Below, in pieces: positions 41,828 through 55,404 of a stretch of DNA of 64,000 nucleotides. A program made the translations under genes and the position numbers. Source of the DNA: Octopus sinensis (lineage: Eukaryota); NCBI RefSeq assembly GCF_006345805.1, contig NC_043004.1, positions 84,878,001 through 84,942,000 of the forward strand, in the 5' to 3' direction. A model generated the notes under the pieces. It did not search any database. It had not been told where the DNA came from and saw only the letters and a program-made list of their open reading frames with translations. The stretch's first letter is position 1; every line of letters starts with the position of its first letter.

Positions 41828-42399
41828 ATAAATAGTATATCTCTTATGTAATGCATGTTATTCTCAATATTCTCCAAACACCTTCTCATTTATGACGTTA
41901 TGGAACATACCTCACCTCCGTACATTAACGAAGGAAGACAGCATTTCGGTATATGGATCTTGTGTACAATTTCTGTGTACGCTTTGACTTTTTTTGTTTA
42001 TGAACAGGCCGTTCTTCTCACATTCTCAGACCACTAAAACCAGAGGCGGTTTTTTTCTTCGATTCGCCAAGTAAGATTGTGTCATCTACATATCCTATGT
42101 TTCAAATGATTCTGCCTCCTACTGTAAAATCCTTGATTTTTGTACATTCTGGTTCACTTATCTGAAGAAACCTATCGGTTTGGTACATAATCATTCCGGT
42201 TTTTTTCAACAAGTTTTATTTAAAAAAAGCAATAATGATAATATTTAACAAAAAGCAACTTTAAATGACGGTCTGATCGTATACCAAGCAAATGGGAGGC
42301 AGTAATTGAAGTAGATGGTGAATATGCTTCGGAATAATTGTTTAAGGCTGTTTTTAGTTACATGTTGTTATTGTTTTTCTTAAAATAAAATTTGTTGAA

Positions 42400-42850
42400 A
42401 AACAGCCGCAATAATTATGCAACGACCCAATAGTAACACAAAACATTCTTTTCCGTCCATCTCTCTCGATGCTAGTGTATTCATTGCATTCTCCATGCGA
42501 CTGCATGAACGCTGATTGGTTCCAATACAGACTCTACTATATTCGGAGGTTTTTCCCATGTACATCAAGGTTACTGAGATCTTCCAATGACATATCATGC
42601 CTTACGATGTTGAATGCTTCCTATAATCTATGAAACACACCGAGACGTCATTTTGCATCTGCACCGTCAGCTCTGCAATGATTCACAATACAAAACTTAT
42701 ATTCATAGTACGAGCAGACTTTATTCAAGGCCCAACATTTCAATTCTAAAAACAGGTGTTATTCTGATTCTTGTACTCAGAAGTAAACTTCTCAGAATGA
42801 CCATTGTAACGGTACTGGTGAGGGTAACCGGGTGATGTTATCCATGATAG
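42400..42850 (-). mobile_element. Decayed RTE-type reverse-transcriptase fragment
   Basis: Minus strand VCFIDYRK/AFNIVRH..NLDVHGKNLRI..SLYWNQSA, RT domains 3-4 with frameshifts. Confidence 0.7.
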
Positions 42851-43042
42851 ACACAAGAAGCAAAATCAGAAAGATAGGCAGGGTATTTAACCAGTTCAAA
42901 GCCACATTCACGCCATTAAAAGCAATGACTTGTTTGCTGCAACATAGTAATGTTGAAACAAGTCACCTTTCTTCGGTTTTCCGGGACGTTACCTTTTGAT
43001 ATGCATTCGTAACTGCCCCAGAGATTATATATATATATATAT

Positions 43043-43732
43043 GTCGTTTGTAGAAATACATAAAACCGGAGGAAAAGCACACTCTGAGATGTACATCAGT
43101 TAATATTATAGTGAGGTAGGGTCGGTTTGTGGGGTTATTCTGGGTTTCTCGCTCATAAGGACATATCTTCAAAATACGGAGAGGGAAAGTCTCGTTTCAA
43201 AGGTGATTCTCTCCCTTTGCCAGTGCCCATCGGTCTTCGGCTGCACCACCATCTCGCTGTCACCAAAGCTTCACGAAGCTAAATGATTTCACCCCCCAGC
43301 CTTGGCTATTGGACTCCAGCTGAAGTTCTGCCCTGTGGATTCCAAAGAGCCAACAGGAATTTTCTAAAATGCGAGCATGTCTCACAACTCTCCTTCCTGG
43401 AGCCATGTCTGCATTTTAGAAAATTCCTCTGGCTCTTTGGAATCCGCAGGGCAAAGCTTCAGCTGAAGACCAATAGAAAAGTACGAATGGACACAATCGT
43501 TTACATTTGTTGTGCTTTCGTGACCAGAAGTTGGCAGCGCGGCCGAAAGTTGACGACCATTGTAAAAGGGAGAGAATCATCTAAGGTCTTACCTTTAAAA
43601 CGAAACTACCCCCTCAATATTTTAAAGAGGTTTCTGGCCAGCAGTGTTTGGGGCCTGAAGATACGCCGTAATGATAAACCCCTTACGTCTGAGGAGCCCA
43701 GAGTTGCCCTGGAAACCGGCCTACCCAACGAT
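43043..43732. other. ~690-bp element in (TA)n that is self-complementary over ~610 nt (rod-like fold-back)
   Basis: Nested pairings: 43115-43160/43681-43725, 43205-43218/43565-43578 (14 bp perfect), 43329-43351/43431-43453 (23 bp, 1 G-U) and 43355-43372/43411-43428 (18 bp perfect). Confidence 0.8.
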
Positions 43733-43737
43733 TATAT

Positions 43738-43780
<43 letters not shown>

Positions 43781-43790
<10 letters not shown>

Positions 43791-43980
43791 ATTCGAGACA
43801 AAACCACTATTTTAAAACCAAACAAGGAAGACTTAATCAATACATAACATTTTAATATAAATTAAATAAACCGCCACTAGTAGTGGCGGTTTATTTAATT
43901 TATATTAAAATTTTATGTATTGATTAAGTCTTTCCTTGTTTGGTTTTAAAATAGTGGCTTTGTCTCGAATTATATTATAT
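43781..43980. repeat. ~98-bp-arm near-perfect palindrome with a 3-nt loop
   Basis: 43781-43878 vs 43882-43980, about 3 differences; centre CCGCCACT-AGT-AGTGGCGG. Confidence 0.95.
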
Positions 43981-44061
43981 AATACTTTACTATAAAATTG
44001 GATTTAACCCTAAATCTGATTTTTCCCTGTAATTTTGGATCATTTCCTAATATTTATTATC

Positions 44062-44104
<43 letters not shown>

Positions 44105-44189
44105 ATATATATATATATGTATATATGTATATATATATATATATGTATGTATATATATATATATATATCTATATATATATATAATATAT

Positions 44190-44292
<103 letters not shown>

Positions 44293-44323
44293 ATAATATA
44301 TATATATATATATAATATATATA

Positions 44324-44807
<484 letters not shown>

Positions 44808-44910
44808 GTGTGTGTGATTGTGTATAGAAGAATATATTAATAAAAAGAATTCCAACCTATAATTGAATAAAATAAAATGAAATAGTAGAATGTTAAATAT
44901 TCATTCTGAT

Positions 44911-44955
44911 TGAACTAGTACTTTCATGCATTGAATTCTGCAATCTTCGGGTTCA
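44911..44955 (-). ncRNA. Minimal type I hammerhead motif in the inverted pseudo-LTR
   Basis: Same motif as 46813-46857 on the minus strand; stem II closes U-U instead of U-A. Confidence 0.65.
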
Positions 44956-45264
44956 TGTAGTAGTGTTGACAGTCATGCTTCACAATGTTTGACTGTAGCA
45001 AGATGATTGATTCTGTGCTATAAATACAGCTGGGAGAGGCTCCAGAGTGCTAGGTTTTGCAAACTGTATCCTGACCAATCAGTGTGTAGTATCACTCAAT
45101 TACTTAAGCTGATTGGTTGGTTGAGCTGATTGGTTTAGGCATCACGCTTTGTTGGACATGTCAAGAGTCCTGTATCATGACCCTGGCCGAAGCAGCAATT
45201 GTTGAGTTATTTTTAGAAATGTTGTAAAGTATTATTATTTAGAAAGTATATTGAAAAGGCATGA

Positions 45265-46317
45265 AAGAGATACCTAGACGACTGTTTCATAATCTGGCCA
45301 GAATCTCTAAATACTCTGGAAGAGTTCAATATCCTCCTGAACAACCTACACCCATCTCTCCAATTTACAAAGGAGATGAGTAGTACCAAATTACCATTCC
45401 TGGATATAACGGTAATTAAAAAAGACACCACCATCACCACAGATATATACTATAAACACACAGACACACATCAATACCTAAATTTTAAGTCGTGCCATCC
45501 ACCACATACAAAACGTAACATCCCATACTGCCTAGCCAGAAGAATTTGTACTATTGTAGAAGATACAAATATCAGGAACAAACGCCTAATAGAACTAAGA
45601 GAATTTTTGCTCAAACAAAAATACCCATCTCTACTTATAGAAAATGGCATACAGCGGGCTATAAAAATACCCATACAACAACTTAGGACAACCCAAGGAA
45701 GAGGAAAACAAGAACAAGTCATAGCATTCATAGTGACACACAACCCATGTCACCAGAATATCTTCAACATTGCCAAAGCAAACCTACCAATCATTGCCCA
45801 AAGTAATGAATTAAAAGACATAATCACGGATCGAGCTATGGTGCTTAGTAGAAGACAGCCTAAAAACTTGAAAACATTACTAACAAAGGCAAAATTTGAC
45901 CTCAGCAACAAAGACCAAACATTCACGGTATCTAAATGCAATGATAGCCGAGGTGGCACATGCCAATTCATACATACCGGTCAATATATAAACACAAAAA
46001 CCGGGAAAATATTCACAAACGCGAATATGAACTGCAAAAGCAGAAATTTAATTTACTGCATCAAATGCCCAAATTGTGAAGAAATATATGTAGGTCAGAC
46101 GGGAAACGCACTATTAGAACGCTCACGTGTACACCGGCAACAGATTAGAGACCCAGAGGTCCGTCAGATACCTTTGAGTAACCACCTAGCAACATGTGGT
46201 CGGAAAATATATATAATATTTCCATTCTACAAATTACACAGCCCAAGTGAAATCGAGAGGAAAATCAGAGAAAAGAATTTTATTGATAAATTCGAACCCA
46301 AGCTAAATAAGCAATAA
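45265..46317 (+). CDS. PLE polyprotein remnant: RT catalytic/thumb region plus GIY-YIG endonuclease
   Basis: The frame opens after TGA 45262-45264 with KRYLDDCFIIW (YLDD at 45271-45282), then LPFLD, YLNFKSCHP and NLIYCIKCPNCEEIYVGQTG..ER..VH. Includes the listed ORF 45376-46317. Confidence 0.9.
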   Translation, partial: KRYLDDCFIIWPESLNTLEEFNILLNNLHPSLQFTKEMSSTKLPFLDITVIKKDTTITTDIYYKHTDTHQYLNFKSCHPPHTKRNIPYCLARRICTIVEDTNIRNKRLIELREFLLKQKYPSLLIENGIQRAIKIPIQQLRTTQGRGKQEQVIAFIVTHNPCHQNIFNIAKANLPIIAQSNELKDIITDRAMVLSRRQPKNLKTLLTKAKFDLSNKDQTFTVSKCNDSRGGTCQFIHTGQYINTKTGKIFTNANMNCKSRNLIYCIKCPNCEEIYVGQTGNALLERSRVHRQQIRDPEVRQIPLSNHLATCGRKIYIIFPFYKLHSPSEIERKIREKNFIDKFEPKLNKQ

Positions 46318-46634
46318 TAATAATACTTAGAGGTATTACTTCCACTGCGACGACCATGACCACTAACAACAACAACAATACTAAAGGTGATCAAGATGCA
46401 GATAGCAGGAAAATTATCTTATTTAGGGTTAAAAATTCTATTGCCACCACCATCACCACTAGCAACAATAATTAAGGTGCTGACAATGATGATGATGACA
46501 ATTGAAATATAAAAATATAAAAATCTCTGACAAAGGATATTTACAACATTTCTAAAAATAACTCAACAATTGCTGCTTCGGCCAGGGTCAAGATACAGGA
46601 CTGTTGACATGTCCAACAAAGCGTGATGCCTAAA

Positions 46635-46749
46635 CCAATCAGCTCAACCAACCAATCAGCTTAAGTAATTGAGTGATACTACACACTGATTGGTCAGAAT
46701 ACAGATTGCAAAACCTAGCACTCTGGAGCCTCTCCCAGCTGTATTTATA
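46635..46749 (+). promoter_or_regulatory. Putative Pol II promoter in the PLE pseudo-LTR
   Basis: CCAAT at 46635 and 46652, ATTGG at 46689, TATTTATA at 46742-46749, upstream of the hammerhead; mirrored in the inverted copy. Confidence 0.45.
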
Positions 46750-46812
46750 GCACAGAATCAATCATCTTGCTACAGTCAAAAATTGTGAAGCATGACTGTC
46801 AACACTACTACA

Positions 46813-46857
46813 TGAACCCGAAGATTGCAGAATTCAATGCAAGAAAGTACTAGTTCA
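46813..46857 (+). ncRNA. Minimal type I hammerhead ribozyme motif (U4C core variant)
   Basis: TGAAC-CCGAAGA-TTGCA-GAATTCAA-TGCAA-GAA-AGTACT-A-GTTCA: stems I and II are 5 bp each and stem III is palindromic. Confidence 0.7.
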
Positions 46858-46986
46858 ATCAGAATGAATATTTAGCATTCTACTATTTCATTTTATTTTA
46901 TTCAATTATAATATATTATCTTATAATATATCATTATAAGATTGTAAATAAAACGTGAAAATCAGACAAGGTTGGAATTCTTTTTA

Positions 46987-47048
<62 letters not shown>

Positions 47049-48289
47049 ATATATATATATGTATATATATATATATATGTGTGTGTCTGTGTGTGTGTGT
47101 GTGTGTAGGTGTGTGTGTCACATAAGCATTGTAGATAACATTAAGGAAACTGCATAAGTGTTAGCTATCTGCACCGATTAGAAAGCCATATATTCTTCCA
47201 GAAATATCGCTTTTCAAAACGACTAAACAGCACCTGATTTGAGAGAAAAAACAACGTAAATAGATGGAGACATTCCATTCTAGTTTCAAGAGATTATATA
47301 TGATTAAGCTCTAGCTTCTGTTTTCTACAGAAGAACTGAAGATAAACCTACGTTTCCTGTTCACCAAATAATATTCTTTACAGTCCATTGTGATATAAAT
47401 CGATTTTATAGAACGGATTTTGTTTCATATATCTACATTTACAGTAAAATATCTTTACGGTCTCTATATCTCCCATCATTCTATTGTTGATAAAACATGT
47501 AACACGGTGTTCAGTGTTAAGTAATCTACTGATAAAAGAAAAAAATATCTAATAAACAGAAAAAAATATAAGATATTCATTTAATCTTTTGACATTTCAA
47601 GACGAAATTAAAACGCAACTTTAAATATAACGGTTAGATAATTTTTTCTTTTAATCTTATGTTTTTGCCCAATTAACTGTTATCTTCAAAATGGATATAT
47701 GTTGTCTTTTTTTTTTTTACTGAATTTATGATATACAATGCACAAATATTTTAACTTAAGAGTGATATGATTCAACGTAATACTCAACACGGGCAATTTC
47801 TAATTCTTATGTACATTAACATTTATGGTGAACACTTAAATATTCCAAAAACGTTTGCGGTAAAAATTGAGCCGAAGAATAATTTTACTTCAAATCTACT
47901 TTATGTTGCTGTGTTTTACATGTCTGTTAAAACGTGAACAACAGTCGTGGAAAGGTTGTTCACAACACAAGTAACGACCAGAATGTCAACAAACAAATGT
48001 TAATGCCGTGATAGTTTACCTAAAATATATAGAATTCAACAAAAATTTGAGGAAGGAACCAATCGAAAACCCTATTCCCTCTATCTGACTAATGCTTTAT
48101 TTTATCAATCCCCGAGAAATGAAAGGCCAATTTAACTCCGATGTTATCTGAAATCACAATGCAAAAAGAATAAAAAGAAACCGGAAAAGCATGTGTGTCT
48201 GTCTGACTCTCTGTATGTTTGTCTGCCAATAGGAAGAAAATATACAGCAAGGATGTAAAAACTAAAAGATAATTCTTGTGTAAAAGAGA

Positions 48290-49530
48290 CCTCTTTGGAA
48301 GAATATAAAAAAATGTGGATACTTCAACACGAGTTGTTGCACTAACTACTCCTGAAGCTCGACGGCATTGTTGGGATCTTTGTGCAGTGGTGACCTCTTC
48401 TGGCATTTGTGTAGCTTTAAATGCCAAAATTTGGCACAACCTCTTCCAGGATCTTCCAGAAGTATGTTACTACGTATCTATGAGTTGAGTCTTGGACTTT
48501 TCATCCTTTCCCAGTAGATGAGCTATTGCAATTTGACGATCGGCTTTGAGAAGTTCACGGGATTGCTTTAAGGTCCCCTGTTAATTTTACACTGTTGGAT
48601 GACCAGAGTTGGGTGCAGCAGTCCAGTCGGCTGAGTAGGAATGTCCTCCAGAGGACCATCATGGTTTCCTTTTCTCTGGATTTGAAAGTTCTCAGGAACC
48701 AGCAAAACAGATCTCTGCACATTGTCGCTATCTTGTTAATGTGCACTTGTAATGAGGTATCATGACTCATGTCGATACACAATTCACACACTGATTAAGG
48801 TTCTAGAATCGTAATCTCCTATTGACCAGTGTACCTTGTAAGATATTCGTTCAGTTTTCGGTGCTGGCGGTGCAGGGAATGGAATTTTCCAGCATTAAAC
48901 TGCATATTATTGTTGTCAGCCCGTCTGTAAATTGCATGCAACTCCTGCTGGCGGTGTAAAACATCGCTAGCGTTTTGTATTTTCTGCAAGACATTCGTAT
49001 CATCTCCATGGCTAGCAAGAGTGGATATCCAGGCAGTTGATGGCATATCTCAGAGGGTCACTATGAAAAGCAGTCGTCCCAAAACAGTGCCCTATGGAAT
49101 ACCACAAACTCTTTATGTTTTCTTTGAGGTGACTCCATTGGCTACCACTGCCGGACATCTGTCTTTCAGAAAGTCATGCAACCAGTCTCCAACTTTTCCA
49201 TCTATGCCAATATCGAAGAGTTTGTGGTATATCAGACCATGATCAACTTGAGTTGTTGAGTAACTAGTGCTGTAGGAGGTGTGTTAGGCAGCTACTACCA
49301 GGTCGAAAACCATGCTGAGTATCATTCAGCAAGTCGTTTTCTTCCGGGAATGCGATTAGTTTCGCTCTGACTATCCGGTCTATGATTTTGCTGTTGTCTG
49401 AAGTCAGAGAGATAGGACTATAATTTTTGGCATCTGCTCTGCCTACTCCTTTAAGGTTTGGACATATTATTCCCTCCTTCATTTTACTTGGCAGCTTGCC
49501 CTTTGCAAGAAAACTCTGGAAGAGAATCTT
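48290..49530 (-). mobile_element. Decayed CR1-like LINE (RT region)
   Basis: NYSPISLTS..QHGFRPGSSCLTHLL, SHGDDTNVLQKIQ..NNMQFNAGKF and FLRTFKSRE..SRLDCCTQLWS. Confidence 0.85.
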
Positions 49531-51769
49531 CCAGAGTTTTCGTCTTAGAAAAACTATTCGCTATATTTTTGTTTGTTTTATTACATTAGTTCAATAAATA
49601 TACATATGTTTTTAGTTTTCCCGGAACTTTTAATTACTTATCTTCTACTATATATACAACAAAGTATGTGCTCTGTTTCCTTCATTTACAGACTGAAATA
49701 CTGCACATCATAGATCAGAAGTTTATATTTCTTCATGATAAGACTAGCCAGAAGAGAAGATCCCTATCGTTTACATGTAAGTTAAAATCGATTTCTAATA
49801 TCTGTTCAATACAACCTAAGTGGATAACTTTCAATATTCATGGTACAATTTTTGTGACTTCTTTCAACCCAGTCAATGATAGGTGTTTCTGCTAGTATCC
49901 TATATAAGTCTTACTGTGGTAAGATTTCAGATCTTCGTATGCACAGCGACATAATGTACACAAAAACCGATCCCCCACTCAAATCTTACCAACCACCTCC
50001 CCTTTAGTCTACTGGATTACCCTTTCCTTATGCAACAATTTCATTAGAAAGAACACATGAATCACCCTCAACATTTATCTATGTACCCCAAAAGAAACTC
50101 AGTGTATAATATCGTCCTGATTTCGATATCATTGAATCAATTACACTGTTTCGAACATAAGTCTGTTTAGTCGGGCTGAAGAATATTAAGCAAAAGCAAG
50201 AGTAACAATCATTTCCACCGAAATATGTTTCGCTTGCAATTTACCCCGGATGCAGAAATTTCCCTAAAAACATTCACCCAACTCTAGTTTTTAATATAAC
50301 TTCAAGGATCGTGGATTGTAACAACAATTCATTAAATCTATTTGACTATTCTTTTTGATGTTCATTTTCACGCGGCAGAGCAGAAACCTTGGTTAAGTTT
50401 TCTATAAATCTTATATCAAAATGTGGATTATATACTTCTTTCCTACTGGATTATGTTTATCCTTTGCTGTCGCATTAATGTGTCTTTGAATCTTAACAAG
50501 ATTTGTTTGTACGCAATTGATGTTTTTGGTAGCCTAGATTACTTTTACCTTCTGACACAAATTCAGATATAAATATATTTTTTCCGCTATAATTCCAAAC
50601 AAATCCTACATCAGCATTATTTAAAATTTTCACTTAATACAATTATGTTGAGGAATGGGGCGTGTAATAATTGATAACTAATTTTTATGTCCTGTTCCAT
50701 TTACTGCTGATACATTTCACTAACTTCTTTCGTTTTTTTCGTCTTTGTTTATTTTCAATTAACATCTCGTGCAGGTCTTCTATTGCTTTTGTGCGTTTAT
50801 TGTAGCAAAACAAGTCTGATAAACATTCGTGTTTATGATGTCGACTAAGTCTCTGAAGAAATGTATATTTCGTTTTGCTTATAATTGATGTCTCTGCTCT
50901 AATTCACAGCAAAGTAGTTTGCAGTTTATATCAGACGCGAAAACAGATGCCACTTCATGGTTGCGTAACCTATGGAAATTAGTCGGGAAATATTATTCAT
51001 ATCACATCTCGAGGTCTTGTACGTGGGTGCTCATTTCAAACAAAGTCTGCGATCAACACCGAAAAGTCTATCACCATAAATTTGATTCAGGTGTATTACC
51101 TGAAAATAAAACAAAACAATAAAAATATATCAATGATCGAGTAATAAAATATGAAATGATTTTGACTAGAACGGTTTGTTAATATGTTAGCTTAAGTGAC
51201 ATCTAAAAATGTGAGACAGAGAGACGTCGAAAATGTGAGATTACCGGGTAAAGTAATCAGCAATATTTCTTATCTCAAATACCCAACTATTCCACATGTT
51301 TTTAAATATATAACTTTACTGTCAAAGTGAATACATGCAAGTAAATCAGCCAAAATACCTGAAAGTCATGGGCAGGCTGCACAATTCAGGAGAGATGTAT
51401 ATTGATATTTTGCCAATTTTGTGACTCGTGAACATCACGGACCCGCATCAAAAAGGGGACGAATCGAATCGCTTGTCTATGACTCAAATAAATAATATAA
51501 TTTACCCAATATTTCTGTTGTTATAACGCCAACTCTGCGTTCGAAGAGATTTCATCTATATATATGTACGACACAACACACATTTCGACGCATCTGAAAG
51601 AAAATATTTATTTCTTTATATTTATGTGCTGTGTAAAAATTATGTATGGCATGCCACGGTGTTGCTTACGTAAAATGAAACTCAATAACGAATTGAAATT
51701 AACACTAGAATTTAAAAAGAAGTTCTGCTTTTAATTCGTTATTGAATATATATGTATATTTATATACAC

Positions 51770-52175
51770 TTTCTCTTTTAGTTGTTTCAGTCAATTGACT
51801 GTGGCCATGTTGGAGCACCGCCTTTAGTCGCGCAAATCGACCCCATGACTTCCTCTTTGTAAGGTTAGTACTTATTACATTGGTCTCTTTTGCCGGACCG
51901 CTAAGTTACGAGGATATAAACGCACCAGCATCGGTTGTGAAGCAATGCAGGAGGGGACGAGCACAGACATACAAACATACACACACACACACATATATAT
52001 ACCTATATATACATATATACGACGGGTTTCCTTCAGTTTCCGTCTACCAAATCCACTCACAAGGCTTTGGTCAGCCCTAGGATATAGTAGAATACAGTTG
52101 CCCAAGGTGTCACGCAGTGGAACTGAACCCGGAACCATTTGGTTGGTAACCAAGCTACTTACCACACAGCCACAA
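51770..52175 (-). mobile_element. SINE family B copy
   Basis: Reverse complement of the family B head, body and tail. Confidence 0.85.
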
Positions 52176-52182
52176 ATACGCC

Positions 52183-52305
<123 letters not shown>

Positions 52306-54136
52306 AAGAGAAAGAGAAAGGCAGGCAGACAGAGATGGGTAAGTAGATACGGTGAGAAAGAAATGGAGAGAAAGAGAGAGGGAGATTTATACACTGACGA
52401 AAGAAAATTTTTCACACTAACTTCCAACTTTTTACTGCTAACAGACTAAAAATTAAATAATTACTTAATTTTATGCCATATATATATATATATATAAATA
52501 TATATATGTGTGTATATATGAGTGTGTGTGTGTGTGTGTACGCATGTATGTATGTACGTAGGTATGTATATACATACGTACAGAATCTTAAAAGTTTTGG
52601 AATATTCACAACCATAATTTTAATGTTTACAATGTACTGCAAGTTTCAGAATTGAACCCATAACACCAGTCAATGAAAATTAGCAAAGGTCATATATACT
52701 ACTCTGCTACACATGGCACATTTAATAAAATTTACTAAAATGTCAATCTTCAATATCTATATATTCACAGAATGATCCAATTATCTTAGTATAGAAATTT
52801 TCTTAAATCTTTCTTTTTCGCTGCGACTGACGTTTCTACAACAATAAGGGGGAATAAATCATGGTAGAGGATATTTATTGTTTTTATGATATTTTGTTAT
52901 CTGTTGGCATTTATAAATTCTTCGCTATCTGTTTTAATTGATGATGAGTGTGCTGTCGGTGTTGATGATCAGTATATAATTGTTATCTGTCTCTTACTGA
53001 GATATGATCGAAAAGATATACGACCAAAGGATATCCAACACAGAGTATTGCATTTTTAAAAATATAGTTCATTTCCGTTTAGATACACAATTATTACCGA
53101 ATTGTAAATATGGTATTTGTAAGGAGTTTCGAAGCTATATCTAACAAAGATAGCTCGAGAGCGGTTCCTCTGAATTATCCTGTATGGTATCTCTTCCCAT
53201 CCATTTGCAAAGTCGAGCTAAGCAACTTCTTCCATTTCTTTTGAGTTTGGTTCGATTACCGGTACATCAATAAAGTATTCTGTAGACACGATAATTCCAG
53301 TTACCTTCAAAACTATCTAACTAATATAAACCTTCTCCTCGATTTACGACCAAGTTCCGTTCCGACTGACAGGTCGTATATCATTGTGGTCGTATGTCGG
53401 ACTTATATCTTTCAATACTATTTTCCTACAAACGCGACTGATGCTTGAAAGCGACTGAGAGACTGGTAGGCACTGACTACCTGAGTCTGAGGGAAGCCTG
53501 CCAGCGTTGCCAGATACTGCCATAGTTATCATACGCGCAGCTGCTCAACAACTGAAAATCAATTTTTAATCCGTTTATTTATCTTTTATGTCCTTACTTT
53601 TTGTGTTCGTAAGTCTAGATGGTCGTAAGTCGAAGAGAAAGTGTATAAAATATTAAGTTTTTTAGTAACCAAACGAGAGCCATCACTCACAAGGGACCAT
53701 TATTTGATATCAATTGCCCTACAGGATTCAATAAAAGATTCACAATATGAGCTATGCTGAGCTGAAATAGATTTATGAACCATGAATAATAGAGGACAGG
53801 TCAGTGCTTAGTAGTAGAGGCATATATATATATGCGAAGATGGATACGCATGTATATATTAAATATGTATATATATATATATATTTACACACATCAACTC
53901 ATACATACCCATACATGAGAGAGTAAGAAGATACCCCATCTTATGCATCTAGGTTTTATTGATAAATATCAGTAATGTTTTATTGAACACGGTACATTTT
54001 ACTCAGTTGCAGCATATACATGTTGTTCCCCATCTTTCAACGAATTTTAGGTAACGGCTGACAATGCGGATTAATGGATTAAAAAAGAGAAAACTAACGC
54101 AGCACGATATAGCATATATATATATGTGTGTGTGTG

Positions 54137-54221
<85 letters not shown>

Positions 54222-54315
54222 CATATCTACGGTTAGTCTGTAAAAATATGAATATGTATGTGTATATAAGGAGATTCATAAATATAAATATATATGTATT
54301 TAGCCGTATATATAC

Positions 54316-54377
<62 letters not shown>

Positions 54378-54750
54378 TTATAAGTATATATATATTTATA
54401 TTGATTGGAGTATAAGAAACCGATCAACATCATTTATAGATTTTCAATGTATACGATTTGCTGTCATATTCTGAATGTGTCGCAAGGTAAAAGGAGGAAG
54501 AAGAAGGGGGAAATTATGAAGCGCATTACCTGAATTTCTTCGAAAGCAAGTTTCTCAATCACTGCCCCTCGCACGAATTTATAAGTGGTATTGTGTAATG
54601 TTACGTGCACGTATGTGTATATATGGAAATACATATATATATATGTGTGTGTGGGTGTGCCTGTGTGTGTTTATGATATTATATAAATATAAATAAATAT
54701 GTATATTTGCCGTATGCATATACGTATGTATACATGCATATATGTGTACG

Positions 54751-54849
<99 letters not shown>

Positions 54850-55356
54850 ATATATATATATACATATATGTATGCATACATATATATGTATACATACATA
54901 TATGTGTGTGCGTGTGTGTATATATATATATATGTATGTATCTATGCATATATACATATATATATATACACTTAAATACACACACAGGCCTGTTTGCACT
55001 GTTATTAGTCGTAAGACACTTGCTGTTTTTACCATTATTGCTTTTGTATTCCACGTTTTTGTATTTCATTATTGTTTTTTGTTTTTTATATTCGTGTGGC
55101 ACCGTCCGTTTTGCTGTCTTTGTGTTCGTATGCATTCGATCCTTCTTCCAGGAAATCTACGCTCCTAGCTTAGTTTTTGCGGGAGGGCTGGCCGGTTCAA
55201 GTAATCTCAAGATTAATCAGCCGAAATTACTACGATGATCCGGTTCTTGACTGAAGACTGAGGGCTTCGAATGTCCTGTCTGTGTTGTTGTATCGTCTTC
55301 TTAGTTTTTATGCGTTCTTGTCTCACGTTGTATTTTTCTACATATCATAATATATA

Positions 55357-55404
<48 letters not shown>

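Larger units (their letters stand above)
44832..46995 (+). mobile_element. 5'-truncated Penelope-like element with inverted pseudo-LTR
   Basis: RT/GIY-YIG ORF; 44832-45228 is an inverted copy of the 3' pseudo-LTR 46540-46995; inserted between (TA)n tracts. Confidence 0.92.

Noticed and set aside
43649-43680. Second CTGAAGA in the rod's bulge
   Set aside because: Only a 3-bp stem II and no GAAA core; not a supportable ribozyme.
43283-43786. 167-aa ORF across the rod-like element
   Set aside because: No recognisable domain, runs into (TA)n, and is better explained by the self-complementary repeat.
53060-53555. Minus-strand acceptor plus a long near-open frame (MITMAVSG..; LKVTGIIVSTEYFIDVPVIEP..)
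   Set aside because: Several in-frame stops and no family motif; cannot be supported as an exon or pseudogene.
54000-55240. Numerous long IY/HT/CV/RE-repeat ORFs here and throughout the window
   Set aside because: Translations of (TA)n, (CA)n and (GA)n microsatellites, which lack stop codons.
55245-55285. CTGAAGA..CTTCGAAT, a possible hammerhead
   Set aside because: No consistent stem I, stem III or GAAA; does not fold into the motif.
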